From: a virus
Length of the DNA: 64,000 bases
Strand: one strand, 5' to 3'
Virus record (IMG/VR): IMGVR_UViG_3300034073_002480
Coordinates: 74,723 to 138,722 of that record
The notes under the pieces: model-generated
What the model saw: only the letters and a program-made list of their open reading frames with translations
Databases searched by the model: none
What the model was told of the DNA's origin: nothing
Translations under genes and position numbers: made by a program
In this document: piece after piece, positions 45,151 to 55,672 of the stretch
How positions within the stretch are numbered: the stretch's first letter is position 1
Layout: every line of letters begins with the position of its first letter

Positions 45151-45747
45151 CTAAGCACCATAACCTCCAACAATAAAAGCTTGTACAGGCAAACGAAAAA
45201 AGTGCGATAAAACACGTAAATCATGTATATCAATAATCTCATTCTCTACATATTCTCTTAGTGCTTCTCCTGAAGAGTAGATTAAATCTGGTTTACTGCC
45301 GTTTAGATCCTCCCAAGTTAGCCCTCTTTCTTCTAGCAAATGATCAATAAAGTCAACCGTAGAAGAAACGGCTGTAGGGTAATGTTCAGCCTCGTAGTCA
45401 GCAATGATAAGCGACAATAAGTAAGCAAATCTACCTTCCTCTGAATCTATAGGTGAGTCAAAATACTGTTCAAACACGGCAAGTGCTAGTTCATAGTCAG
45501 CATCATTTTGTAATTGCCGCAGTTGGTATGTTTCGTAGGTCATCTCTACAAGTAATTCTTTTACTGTTGTTTCCACTAGATGTCCAGTATCTTTCTGGTA
45601 CAAAGGTAATTTGTTATAACCATATTGATGTAGATTATCACCTTCATACACAAAAAGTTTGTCAGATTTTGGGAATTTGACAGTAATACAATCTGCTTTT
45701 TCTTTCAATAATCGCAAATCATCAACAGACATTAGTTTGTAGATCAT
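45151..45747 (-). CDS. Protein with a HigA-like antitoxin domain and no adjacent toxin
   Basis: DYELAL...LLSLIIADYEAEHYP...HLLEERGL...LSHFFRLPVQAFI. Confidence 0.65.
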   Translation of the reverse strand: MIYKLMSVDDLRLLKEKADCITVKFPKSDKLFVYEGDNLHQYGYNKLPLYQKDTGHLVETTVKELLVEMTYETYQLRQLQNDADYELALAVFEQYFDSPIDSEEGRFAYLLSLIIADYEAEHYPTAVSSTVDFIDHLLEERGLTWEDLNGSKPDLIYSSGEALREYVENEIIDIHDLRVLSHFFRLPVQAFIVGGYGA

Positions 45748-46573
45748 AATAAATCAAACACCTTTTTGAATAAAACTAATGAGTCATCGTACCATAAGAC
45801 CTGATCTTTTAGAGATCTATTATAACTGTATGGTCTATGGTTAAAACATAAAGACTCAAACTGCTTCAGATTTTCTCTAGTTATTTCTGTCAAATCTTCT
45901 TTTCTATGGTCTTCAAAAGGTGTAGGACAAGAGCATCCTGAATCAGTAGCATAGTAAAGTTTGTTTGTTTCAGTGTCTTTAAAAACAACCAGCATATCAA
46001 ATTCATAGGAGTCAGCTACGTCTACGTTATCTATGATCTGTAAACCAAAATGTTCTGGATTATAGTATATGTTTTTCATCTTATTAACGACCCAAAAGTA
46101 TAAAACAAAGACATACCCAACAACCCCATAGAAAAGAAAAGCTGCTGTGCTTCATTGTTGCGTAGCAGATGACACAAAAACAAAGCACAAAAAAACACCA
46201 GCGATAAGCCAGTGTTGAAATTGATAGTTGTGATTAATTGTTGCATAGCTACTTAACCGTAAAAATATGCAATACTAAGACAATATTGGATACACCTAAC
46301 ATCACTGCTTGTAATAGAATACCTTCTTCTGATCTTGCTCTACCAGAGAACAAAACCATACTTGTGTACATCATAACAGCATAATCAACTGAAAAAACAA
46401 TAGCTTGTTGTATAGACATCTTAATTTTTAGCTCCACATACAGTACATTCACCTGTGGTTTGATCTACTTCACCGCCAGACTGTTCTTTGTTACCATTAG
46501 AATCTTTACGCCCAGTTTCACGTGTGCAATAATAAGTCATAATTTGTTAATCCTCTAATTTAAGTGTACAAAT

Positions 46574-46598
46574 AAAAAGCAGGGTTGTTAGCCCTGCT
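46574..46598 (-). terminator. Intrinsic terminator
   Basis: GCAGGG/CCCTGC stem plus T5. Confidence 0.7.
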
Positions 46599-46609
46599 GT
46601 GTGTATTAT

Positions 46610-48916
46610 TTATGCTTCTGTGTATTTGATCTCAATGTCAAAAGCCTTGTAGAAAGACTCTAATAACCGAAACCAAGTAGGATGTGGTTGGTTGTCTACC
46701 ATAAGACCTAACCGAGCAGGGTTGAACAAATCTTGGACTTCCTCTACTTTAAAAGTAGGATTAGTACGTTTCAACATATCTTTCTGTTGGTTAGGGGTAA
46801 GACACTCCCATGTCTCATCAGATACAAGCTTCTGAGTATACAAACGTAGTAAAACATGGCGGAGTTCCAACCAAGTTTGTTTTGTTGCGTCACCTAAAGA
46901 GCCTATGACTATCCCTTTCAGATATTCATATATGACAGGTAAAGATACAGGTTGGAGATTTTTACTGTCACAGAAAACAGGCGACCCGCAACGTACAGTC
47001 TGCTTCGCCATAAATTTGATGTGGTCTTCCACCGTGTATTTATTACGATTTTGCTTCACACCAGATTTTTTTGTCTTTGGTGTTTCGAGTTGCAACCATT
47101 CTGCATGATTTTTCTGTAACCACTTATGGCATCGTGTTACAATCTCGTTGTAGTCCTTAAGCAACAGCAAACAGTCAGGGTTTGTTTGGAGTTCTACTAT
47201 CGGTGTATAACTGTCAATAATTCTACGGAACATAGGATTGAAGTCACCACGACCATTTACAGACCCTAATACACCATTCTGGTATCGCAAGTCACAAGCG
47301 GAAAAAGCACGACAAGCTGCTTGGATCTCTCTTGTTTTGTCAAGAGGATCAGCCAATAAGCGTAGTATATGTTTGCCTTTTTGTCTTACGACAGTTTTAT
47401 AGTTGTCTACGCGAGAATCGTAATCCTCACACTTGTAAACCGCACCCATAGAAGAGAAATGAGCTTTGCCAAGTAGTATAGACTCAGACGACCAGCTACC
47501 ATCTTTGAGGCGAATATCCATCCATACACGGTTAGTTTTATCTACACTGTTGTTGTACTGTGAACCAGTGTCAGCGTGTGAAAGACCTCTTGCCGTAGAT
47601 TGCATTGTGTCCTTTGTATGCTGAATCGCAGCAATACGAAACCTACAAACTGTCTCTTGTACAACAGATTTGCCGTTCTGTGTTAACAACGAACCATCAG
47701 GTCGCAGTTTGTGGATTAGTGCTACAAAAGAGTCGCTATACCCACCATTAAACATCTGCGCTTGAAAACCTTCAAAGCCATTGCGTACTTTGTACTTAGG
47801 CTCTTGCTTCTCTACATGTTGTGGCTTCTCTGTCCTTGACAGAAAATGTGTAGTATATTTTGCAGTTGTTGGGTTGTAGGACTGAATTGAACAGAATGAC
47901 CATAGATGGTTTGCCACAGGTTTATCTGCAAGAACCATTTCAATGCGAGTTACATCAATATCAACACCATCTTCTGTTGTGTACTTAGCCGCAGTGTGTT
48001 CTGGGACATAAGGTAGATAAAAGAGTTCTTGGTTGAAAACCTCTTGCTTTTCTGTAGCGTTGTATTCCAACGGTGAGGATGACTTACGACTATTGGTATT
48101 TAACGCTGCTCTGCCACGTATAACCAAAGTCTCTTTCTTGGAAACCCGTAGTTCGTTTTTGTTGTTGAGTGTTGGGTGGTCAGCAGGGTTGTACACAACC
48201 TTTGGCAACCAATCTACTTTGATAAGAAGTGGTGTGTCAAGAGGAATAGGATTTTGTAACTCGAACTCCTTGTTAATAGACTGCAACCATTCTGTAATAG
48301 GTTGTTCTGAGAGCCAATTTGTATAGGCTTCGGGGTCAATGTGATCTGCTTGTCTTACCTTTTGGTCACGTACATCTTGACCATTGAACACCAACCTATG
48401 CTCCACAAGTGTGTTGTCATCTTGGAGAGGTACAATGACATCCTCAACCGTAGAAGATAAAGGTTGTGGTTCATCGACAATTTCTACTTGTGGTTTTTTG
48501 GACTCCACGAAATACAACCATTGTTGTTTTGCTGCTGTATCATTGGACACATTGACAGTGAAACCCATGTTAGCTTTGTAGAAATCAAAGAACTCATCTG
48601 CAAGTTCTGGGTATTCCTTCAAAGCAGCAAAAATAAGTTTCTTACAACCTTTGTCAGAGTCAACAGGGAAGTCAATAATAGGTACAGCAGGTTTTTCTTC
48701 TACGGTCTGTACTGTTGCTTCCTGTGTTTGCTCTTGTTCTACAAATAACAACCATTGTTGGTAGCTTGTTTCATTGGAAGCTCTTGAAAATGGTTGTCCA
48801 GTATTCTGTTTGTAAAAATCAAAAAATTGTTGTTTAGTTTCAGGATGATCTGTTAAATGAAACTGCACAAGCTTCTTAGCACCTTGGATACCGTTAGGGA
48901 AGTCAATTGTAGGCAT
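46610..48916 (-). CDS. 768 aa protein: two N-terminal ~65 aa repeats plus a region weakly resembling the N-terminal half of RNA polymerase beta
   Basis: Repeat IDFP...KKL...FFDFYK.N.G...SN.T...QQWL.FVE occurs twice; RpoB-like motifs in colinear order (see findings). Confidence 0.45.
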   Translation of the reverse strand: MPTIDFPNGIQGAKKLVQFHLTDHPETKQQFFDFYKQNTGQPFSRASNETSYQQWLLFVEQEQTQEATVQTVEEKPAVPIIDFPVDSDKGCKKLIFAALKEYPELADEFFDFYKANMGFTVNVSNDTAAKQQWLYFVESKKPQVEIVDEPQPLSSTVEDVIVPLQDDNTLVEHRLVFNGQDVRDQKVRQADHIDPEAYTNWLSEQPITEWLQSINKEFELQNPIPLDTPLLIKVDWLPKVVYNPADHPTLNNKNELRVSKKETLVIRGRAALNTNSRKSSSPLEYNATEKQEVFNQELFYLPYVPEHTAAKYTTEDGVDIDVTRIEMVLADKPVANHLWSFCSIQSYNPTTAKYTTHFLSRTEKPQHVEKQEPKYKVRNGFEGFQAQMFNGGYSDSFVALIHKLRPDGSLLTQNGKSVVQETVCRFRIAAIQHTKDTMQSTARGLSHADTGSQYNNSVDKTNRVWMDIRLKDGSWSSESILLGKAHFSSMGAVYKCEDYDSRVDNYKTVVRQKGKHILRLLADPLDKTREIQAACRAFSACDLRYQNGVLGSVNGRGDFNPMFRRIIDSYTPIVELQTNPDCLLLLKDYNEIVTRCHKWLQKNHAEWLQLETPKTKKSGVKQNRNKYTVEDHIKFMAKQTVRCGSPVFCDSKNLQPVSLPVIYEYLKGIVIGSLGDATKQTWLELRHVLLRLYTQKLVSDETWECLTPNQQKDMLKRTNPTFKVEEVQDLFNPARLGLMVDNQPHPTWFRLLESFYKAFDIEIKYTEA

Positions 48917-48938
48917 TGGTAATCTCCACTTTGGGGAT

Positions 48939-48965
48939 AAAAAGTGAAGGTGGTCAAACCTTCAC
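48939..48965 (-). terminator. Intrinsic terminator or attenuator just upstream of the 768 aa gene
   Basis: GTGAAGGT/ACCTTCAC stem plus T5. Confidence 0.6.
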
Positions 48966-49052
48966 GGAAAAACAGGACAAAAACAATAATGTGTTGATGT
49001 AGAGGTGACTAAGCTCTTGAGAGTGCAGTGTAACAACTGCACAATCAGGGGT

Positions 49053-49751
49053 CTAGTTCTTTTCTTGACTACGGAGTCTATTATACTCCGACAGATAAGT
49101 GTTACCAAATAAGCGGCGATACTCATCTTTGGTGTTGAGGAACTGCTCCTCAAACCACTCCAAAAATACAGGTGTGTAGTTAGAGTCACCGATTGCAATC
49201 AGATGCAACAGAAGCGAGATAGTAGGGTTGGACAGGAACGAATGTTGCTGGTTGAGTTCTACAATAGCATTGAACACTGATGCGTAGTCAGTGATGATTA
49301 TATCCTTAAAAGTCTGTGTCAAGTTGTAGGTAATAGATGTTGGTAATACATAATCCTTGCCAATTCTGATAGCTGACTCTGCTGTTGTTTCCCAACTGTC
49401 TTCTACAATGAAAGTGTCATCTTCAGTGTTGTGTACGATTTTGTACTGCCCGATCAACTTGTAGCCTATGTCAGACATCTTTTTTGATGCTGTAGCTTCT
49501 ACTGTGCGCTTACCGTCTAGTGAACGGATACTGATTTTATCAGGTTGTGTAACAGTATAGTTAGTGTCTACTAGCACTGCAAAGTTCAAAGTGTGGATTG
49601 TTTCACCATCATTTTCTTCTACGGTTGACTCAATGCGAAAAGGTAGTGAACCTGCACTTTTAGCGTTATTAGGATCGTGGTAATTAACAAGAAAAGCAAC
49701 AGGCTTTGTGAGTTTTTGCTTGTCGTTGAATGAAAGTTTTGTGACTGCCAT
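49053..49751 (-). CDS. Hypothetical protein
   Basis: 232 aa ORF in the operon direction; no motif recognised. Confidence 0.7.
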   Translation of the reverse strand: MAVTKLSFNDKQKLTKPVAFLVNYHDPNNAKSAGSLPFRIESTVEENDGETIHTLNFAVLVDTNYTVTQPDKISIRSLDGKRTVEATASKKMSDIGYKLIGQYKIVHNTEDDTFIVEDSWETTAESAIRIGKDYVLPTSITYNLTQTFKDIIITDYASVFNAIVELNQQHSFLSNPTISLLLHLIAIGDSNYTPVFLEWFEEQFLNTKDEYRRLFGNTYLSEYNRLRSQEKN

Positions 49752-49972
49752 ATTTTTGTTCTGCCCTTAGATGGTTTTGTACGGTAATCACCACTGAAAT
49801 TATACTGATTTTAGATTTATTTCTAGTGGTTTGTGTGCTATAATAATGAGCGAAAGTGAGTGAGTGAACCTGATAAGGCTTGTTTAAAGTTTTATCAGGT
49901 GAGTAAATAAACGGTGGTTTGTGTAACAAAGCTTCGGAAATACGAGTGCCATTGGTGTGTCTACTTTTGTTA

Positions 49973-50377
49973 TCAACTTAAAGTAAGTTTTGCCCAGTTG
50001 TCTAGTAAACCATTTTGTTGAGCTTTCACTAAAATAGCTGCTTGTGTAGTTGCAGTGATTGCAATGTTTTTCTGTTTAAGTTCAGTAATTGTTTCATCTA
50101 AATCTCCAAGTGAAACAGATTGTTCCACAAGAAAACCGAAATCAGCGCAATAACTACCTTGAGGTAAATCCAAAGCTTCGTCAAAACCGTGTTTAGTAGA
50201 ATCCCAAACTGTAACCTTTTGCTTCACAAAAGGTAGTTCTAAAGATATAAGCTCAGCATCTGTTAAATCAGCCATAGAACGTAAAAGAGAAGCAAGGTTG
50301 GAGGCAACAGGTGATTTTACGTTAGAAGCTAACTCAGCCCACTCTGTAAGCTCTGCTGACATAATGTTTGGTTTCAT
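49973..50377 (-). CDS. Hypothetical protein whose C-terminal half weakly resembles RNAP alpha-CTD
   Basis: FDEALDLPQGSYC...SLGDL...ELKQKN...AILVKAQQNGL versus IEELELSVRSYNC...TIGDL...LLKIKN...EIKEKL..LGL. Confidence 0.35.
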   Translation of the reverse strand: MKPNIMSAELTEWAELASNVKSPVASNLASLLRSMADLTDAELISLELPFVKQKVTVWDSTKHGFDEALDLPQGSYCADFGFLVEQSVSLGDLDETITELKQKNIAITATTQAAILVKAQQNGLLDNWAKLTLS

Positions 50378-50379
50378 GT

Positions 50380-50487
50380 TTACTCATCCTTATTTATATT
50401 GCTAAACACTTCAATTGTCTGTCCCAATACTAGAATAATTAAAGGACTACACACAAACAAAGTTACTAAAACGACTAAAGTTGTCAT
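50380..50487 (-). CDS. 35 aa hydrophobic peptide MTTLVVLVTLFVCSPLIILVLGQTIEVFSNINKDE
   Basis: Manual translation; AAGG just before the ATG; stop codon adjacent to the next start. Confidence 0.55.
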   Translation of the reverse strand: MTTLVVLVTLFVCSPLIILVLGQTIEVFSNINKDE

Positions 50488-50489
50488 TA

Positions 50490-50810
50490 CCTTGTTTTTG
50501 TTTTGCTGGACTACCCCTATCCCTGCTGTTGTTGTAGCAAGTTACCGACTTTGGCACGGTTACAGATAACTCAATTCTGTAGTTAGGTTACAGCAATCTC
50601 TTAGTTCGCAGCTACTTTAGCTTTGACAGGTCGTAAGCAGTGACAAGCGAAGACGCTGTGTGATTTACAACCGTGAGATCCGAAAGAACTACTTACCACT
50701 CGCTGTATGACAGCCACCTGTAACTCTTTAACAGGTCGGTATTGAGGGTTGGCGCGTTACCGCTACCTTTCACCCGTTGGGCTTTGCTCTTTGCTTGCCC
50801 TCTCTCGATG
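50490..50810 (-). ncRNA. ~320 nt structured 5' leader or ncRNA
   Basis: GC-richer, ORF-free tract with consecutive hairpins, directly downstream of a consensus-like promoter. Confidence 0.55.
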
Positions 50811-50815
50811 TAACT

Positions 50816-50844
50816 AATATAAACTGATGACTAGAGAATAGCAA
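50816..50844 (-). promoter_or_regulatory. Sigma70-type promoter
   Basis: TTGCTA-17 nt-TATATT on the minus strand, AT-rich upstream, preceded by a terminator. Confidence 0.7.
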
Positions 50845-51005
50845 GCATTTTGTTAATACTGTAATAATTAGAAATGTTTGGTAATTTTTACTTATGATTG
50901 CAAGAAATTTTAGGGATTTTAGTAATGATTTTTGGGCTTTCAGCGCTTTGTAAATTCAAAATGATCTCTTATATATAGATATGCAAACAACAGCCTAGCA
51001 AGCAA

Positions 51006-51039
51006 TAAAAAAGCGCTTTACATTCAATCGTAAAGCGCT
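51006..51039 (-). terminator. Intrinsic terminator
   Basis: 10-bp AGCGCTTTAC/GTAAAGCGCT stem plus T tract. Confidence 0.75.
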
Positions 51040-51439
51040 CGATCATCTATATATAGTGCAAAATCAAACAGGCAAAGAAACTCGTTTAATTTTCCCTAAA
51101 AAGTCAGTTTGTGCCTGAGCAGCTATATTTTGATAAACTGCTTGTTGTTGTTTTTCAATTTCTGCCAGAACTGCATCTAAACCACGTTCTAGAGCAGCTA
51201 ATCTTCTCTGTTTTGTTCGTTCTGACTGGTTATGTCGTTCAATGGCAGCAGCTTGTTGTGCTGCTTTTGCAACAGCAAGGTCAGCATAGAACTTGCAAAC
51301 ACGGTTGTGAAATGTAGCACGACCTCGATCTGCTAGATTGTGAGGGACAGTGTACCACAACAACACACGACCACTACGTTTTACTACCAAAGCAAACTCT
51401 ACAACGTTTGCAGACTTTGTTTCGTGTAGAACGTGATAC

Positions 51440-51628
51440 TTAGATACTTGCATTTTTAAACTCCACATAATCATCAACAGCGTTTTCAAAATCAACTTGT
51501 AGTTGGTCAGGATCATAGCCTTGAAAAGTAATAATGTCAGTAGTATTTAACAACCGACCGTAGTATAAACCTGTTTCAGGGTAGTATTCATAGTGACCTA
51601 CCCAACCTTTATAACTACTTGTGACCAC
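51440..51628 (-). CDS. HicB-like antitoxin N-terminal domain, orphan (start uncertain)
   Basis: YKGWVG...YYGRLLNTTDIITFQG...FENAVDDY; no DNA-binding domain and no hicA. Confidence 0.75.
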   Translation of the reverse strand: MVTSSYKGWVGHYEYYPETGLYYGRLLNTTDIITFQGYDPDQLQVDFENAVDDYVEFKNASI

Positions 51629-52249
51629 GTTCAGCCTCCCTGAAGTAAATGACAAGAAAAACACAAACAAGCAGAAATATAACAGTCTCAAGGGAGACAC
51701 AAAATATATGCCGTAGAAAAGAGGTATCAGATAAAATCATAATCTATAGCTTGCACAGTATAAGTAGGATTATCATCACAAACACCGAACCATTGCCAGC
51801 TAACTGCACGAATCCGAAGGCTTATCTTATGTACAAGAGCGTACATATTTTCTACCTCTTCATGAAAATCATCTGGTGTCATGTCAATCAGCAAAGCAGG
51901 ATCTATATTCAGTCTGATTGATGGTACAGCTTTTTTGAATCCACAAACCGCAGACATAATAGTGTCTAGTTCGAGAGGTAGAGAGAACAAGATATCGTCA
52001 TTTGGTTGTTGTACAAATGCAGTTGCATATTGACCATCAGGGAACTTTGCTTGATGTACACCTGTGTAGCTAAATTCAAGCTCTGGGTATTGTTCCTTAC
52101 CTAACTCTATATCACTGTAGCAGCTACCGTCTTTAGGCACAACAACAGTAAACTGTAGATGAAACAAATGCTTATAGTTAGGTCGGGGATCTGGTATAAG
52201 TGTGAAACGGTTGTCAATCATAGTTTATGTGTTCCATTTGTTTGTTATA

Positions 52250-52322
52250 GGAGTGTGTTGTGTATTTTGGTCACTCCTCACGATGTCCTGCTGTAAAAAC
52301 AAGACACCGTAAGGAAAGATCA
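52250..52322 (-). repeat. Intergenic structured element, copy A
   Basis: TGA-TCTTTCCTTAC-[stem]-GTGAGGAGT-RACCAA...ACACTCC, shared with 60114..60180. Confidence 0.7.
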
Positions 52323-53020
52323 AATTTCTGGTAGATACTTTGACTCAATATAATCTGCTGGTATTACACAAGGATAAGGTACATGGAACTCAATACCTGT
52401 TATATCTTTGTATCTTGAACCTCCATATCTTTGCACAATGATTTGAGAATCTTGTAGAAATGGAAAGTCTTTCTTGGCAACAGTGACCAACTCCTGAATA
52501 GCAGATATATTTTTACCATAGTGGTCAGGTAAAATAGCTGCGTTGTTGTTGTAGCATATAAGTTTTTTCATATCAAAACTTAGGTTGTTTTATATAATCT
52601 AAACGTTCAAAAAAAGAAGCTTCAATTGTAGTCAATTCTTGTAGACGTTCATCTAAAGTTTCTTGTAATAGATAAACTTCTTTATTAGAATCTCTGAAAC
52701 CTAACCACCAACCAAGATGACTTTTTGTTAAAACAACATTACTATCTGTGATATTGCGGTCAAACCAAAATTGTAGTAAAAAAGCTTCAGTAGGATCTAA
52801 ATCTTGAATAGCGAAATCATCATCTCCAATACGAATTGCTGTGTAGTTACGATTGTCAGCAACAACAACTCGGAAAAATTTTAGATTTGGGGTATCCATA
52901 TAAAACCTCTATTGATTAGTAACAGTAAAGCATAATCAACATAGAAAAGAAAGCAAAAGACATAAAAGTTAACAATGTCCAAACCCGATTATTTCAGGTT
53001 TATATCTGTTTAATTTCAGT

Positions 53021-55096
53021 CTAAAACTCTTCATCGTAGTCAGGCAGGTATAAATCATCCTCTTTATCTACAGATGGCAACTCATAAGTACCATTAAAAA
53101 TCTGCGATAGTAAGTTTTTAGCTTCCTCTGCCCATGATAGACCCTCAAGACCTACAGAGTAACCTTCAACAATTAGATCAGAGGTTTCCGCTTTTTCAAG
53201 TAGTTTGTTGTCAATAAATTTATCTACATCTGTGTGAGAAATCCAGTAGGAAGTTACAGGATTTTTCTGCCCTTGTCTATGGCATCTGCCCTCTAGCTGC
53301 TCGTTGAGATTCCAGTCTCTATCAACCAAGATAACTTTACAAGCAGAGAACAAGTTGATACCAACACCTCCAGCTTGTGCCATTGCTACAATACAATCTA
53401 AATTTTTGCTCTGAAAAGCATCAAACATAGGTTGACGTTGTTTTTGAGGTGTAGAGCCTGTCAACAAACCAACAGAAAAACCAGCATTTTGTATAGCTTC
53501 TGTTAATTTTTCTGCTGTGTCACGGAAAGTGGTAAACAACACAACCTGCTCACCAGAATCACCATCAACACCTTGTAGAATAGAGAGTGCCATATCTAAC
53601 GAGGTTTCGATTTTCGCAATAGAACCTGCATGTCTAAGATGGTTGAGTAATACTAATTCCCAACCTTCATTAGAAATCTCGGAATCAGCTACACGTTGAT
53701 TGTATTCTGCTTGAAGTTCTAAAAATACACGGTTGTATTCTTTTTGTGCTTCTGGTGATAACTCACCTTCAACTACTTCTCTAGTAAAAGGTGGTAAAAC
53801 AAGAACATCTTTTTTCTTTCTACGAATCATAACAGGCTGTTCTTTTGTCAGAATGTCGTGTAGCTCTTTTAAATGCCCTTGAGACAACGAACCATATCGG
53901 TCGTAGAATTTTTTCTTATTGTTTGCCAGAGGATGTTTCAACCCTTTGAGGATAGGTAGAATATCCAAAGGCGCACCGTTTTTAATAGGAGTAGCAGACA
54001 TTGCGATGTTAGCGATCAAGTGTGGTGATTCACACAACGCCAACCACTTCTTAGTCCTTTGACTACCAAAATTTTTAAACGCATGACACTCATCAGTGAT
54101 TAGAACAAACTTACGATTAATGCTTGTAGCTAAAGGAATACGTCCTGCTGTTTGTCCAACAACTTGTATTTTGCAACCAACATATTCTGCTTCTCGATAC
54201 CAATTAGACATTGTGGAAATTGGTACGATGCAGATGATATCACAATCAAATACTTGCTGATAAGTAGCAGCAGCTTTGAGACTCTGAATCGTCTTACCAA
54301 GCCCTAAATCGTCACCTACAAGAACTTTCTCATGCTCAAAAATAAACCGTACACACTCTTTCTGGTAATCATGTAGCAACCAACCATTTGCCAGAGGTTC
54401 ATCTAGTCGTGCTACTTTGAGCAATTTGTTGACCCTAGCCTGTTGTGCTTCCTTGCGGATCTCAAGTTCAAGTGCAGCCAATTTTCTTCTTTTCTCTTGT
54501 TCTGCCTTAGAAGCCAAAACTTCGGGGGCATAATCAAAATGTGTGCTAGGTAGCACTTGTTGCAAAGCGTCCAACCAGTCCAATGGCAACTGCCAGTATT
54601 TAGTAGGTTCTCCCAAGTACTTAGCTACAGTATGACCTTGCACTTGTATAGTCTTGATTGCTTTTACCCAAGGGTAGAAGTTAGACGGCATCTGGACTGT
54701 AAGTAGACTGTCTTGGAGAAAAACTCGACCCATAGAAGATAAAGTAGCAGGTGGTAGCTTTGTTACAACAGGTTGATAAGGGTAGAGTCGTTCACGTTCT
54801 CGTAACCAGATATCTAACTCCCCTGTTGTTGGTAGTTTTATACCAGCAGGTGCAAGTTGACGGTTATTATGCCGCCACAGAATTTTAAGAATCTTTTGTG
54901 TCTGTAGATCAGACAGTCGCTGTTTTGCTGCTTGTCGGGCAATAGATGTACCAAATACAGTAGATGCACCATCAAACCCAATATTGTTACGTTGAGAAGC
55001 ATTATCAGGGTCGTTGCGTAGCATAATTGCTAGTGCTGCCTCAATTTCTGGGTGATTCTGGTTAGCTGTGATGTCAAATGTTACAGTTGTAGTCAT
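53021..55096 (-). CDS. SNF2-family helicase/translocase
   Basis: DDLGLGKT, DECH, SATPIKN, RRKKKDVL, GINL, QLEGRCHRQGQ. Confidence 0.92.
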   Translation of the reverse strand: MTTTVTFDITANQNHPEIEAALAIMLRNDPDNASQRNNIGFDGASTVFGTSIARQAAKQRLSDLQTQKILKILWRHNNRQLAPAGIKLPTTGELDIWLRERERLYPYQPVVTKLPPATLSSMGRVFLQDSLLTVQMPSNFYPWVKAIKTIQVQGHTVAKYLGEPTKYWQLPLDWLDALQQVLPSTHFDYAPEVLASKAEQEKRRKLAALELEIRKEAQQARVNKLLKVARLDEPLANGWLLHDYQKECVRFIFEHEKVLVGDDLGLGKTIQSLKAAATYQQVFDCDIICIVPISTMSNWYREAEYVGCKIQVVGQTAGRIPLATSINRKFVLITDECHAFKNFGSQRTKKWLALCESPHLIANIAMSATPIKNGAPLDILPILKGLKHPLANNKKKFYDRYGSLSQGHLKELHDILTKEQPVMIRRKKKDVLVLPPFTREVVEGELSPEAQKEYNRVFLELQAEYNQRVADSEISNEGWELVLLNHLRHAGSIAKIETSLDMALSILQGVDGDSGEQVVLFTTFRDTAEKLTEAIQNAGFSVGLLTGSTPQKQRQPMFDAFQSKNLDCIVAMAQAGGVGINLFSACKVILVDRDWNLNEQLEGRCHRQGQKNPVTSYWISHTDVDKFIDNKLLEKAETSDLIVEGYSVGLEGLSWAEEAKNLLSQIFNGTYELPSVDKEDDLYLPDYDEEF

Positions 55097-55561
55097 TGTT
55101 TTTGTCCTAATGTGTTTGTTTTTCTACGGTGGATTAGTGTACCACCACGCCCTGCTAGGTACAGGGACGACTCCTTTTGTTTTATTTGCGTGGAGTCAGC
55201 AAAGTTAATCTACTTTTTTCAAATGTTCAAAAGCTTCTTGCCAGTTAACTCTGGACAATGCAGCGTTGATAAGGTCAGTTTGCATTGGATTGGTATTGTC
55301 AATGGGAAGTACAACAGATTCTACCCATTCTTGAAAGTCATCTTGGTTATCATGACTTCTTGTAGTAGAAAGGTGTCGTTGATTGTTCCCGATCTCCAAA
55401 ACTACTAAAAAAGTTTCGTAGTTTGTGTAGCCTTGATATGACTGGTCTTGCATGGAAAATAACCTAAAAATTTAATGTGCTGTTAGTTTATGCTTATATT
55501 GTCTAGCTGTTAATATAGACGTAATAATTCGTAACAATTAAACCTGAAAAAAGAAAGAAAT

Positions 55562-55672
55562 GCACTGTATGGGCTTTAAAACACGTTATAAGACACAATA
55601 CGATCTAAATGATAAAAGATAGCTCTAAGACATTTTCCTGTCTTATAACGCGATATAACCGCTATACAGTGC
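55562..55672. repeat. Long imperfect inverted repeat
   Basis: GCACTGTAT/ATACAGTGC outer arms and CGTTATAAGACA/TGTCTTATAACG inner arms. Confidence 0.75.
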
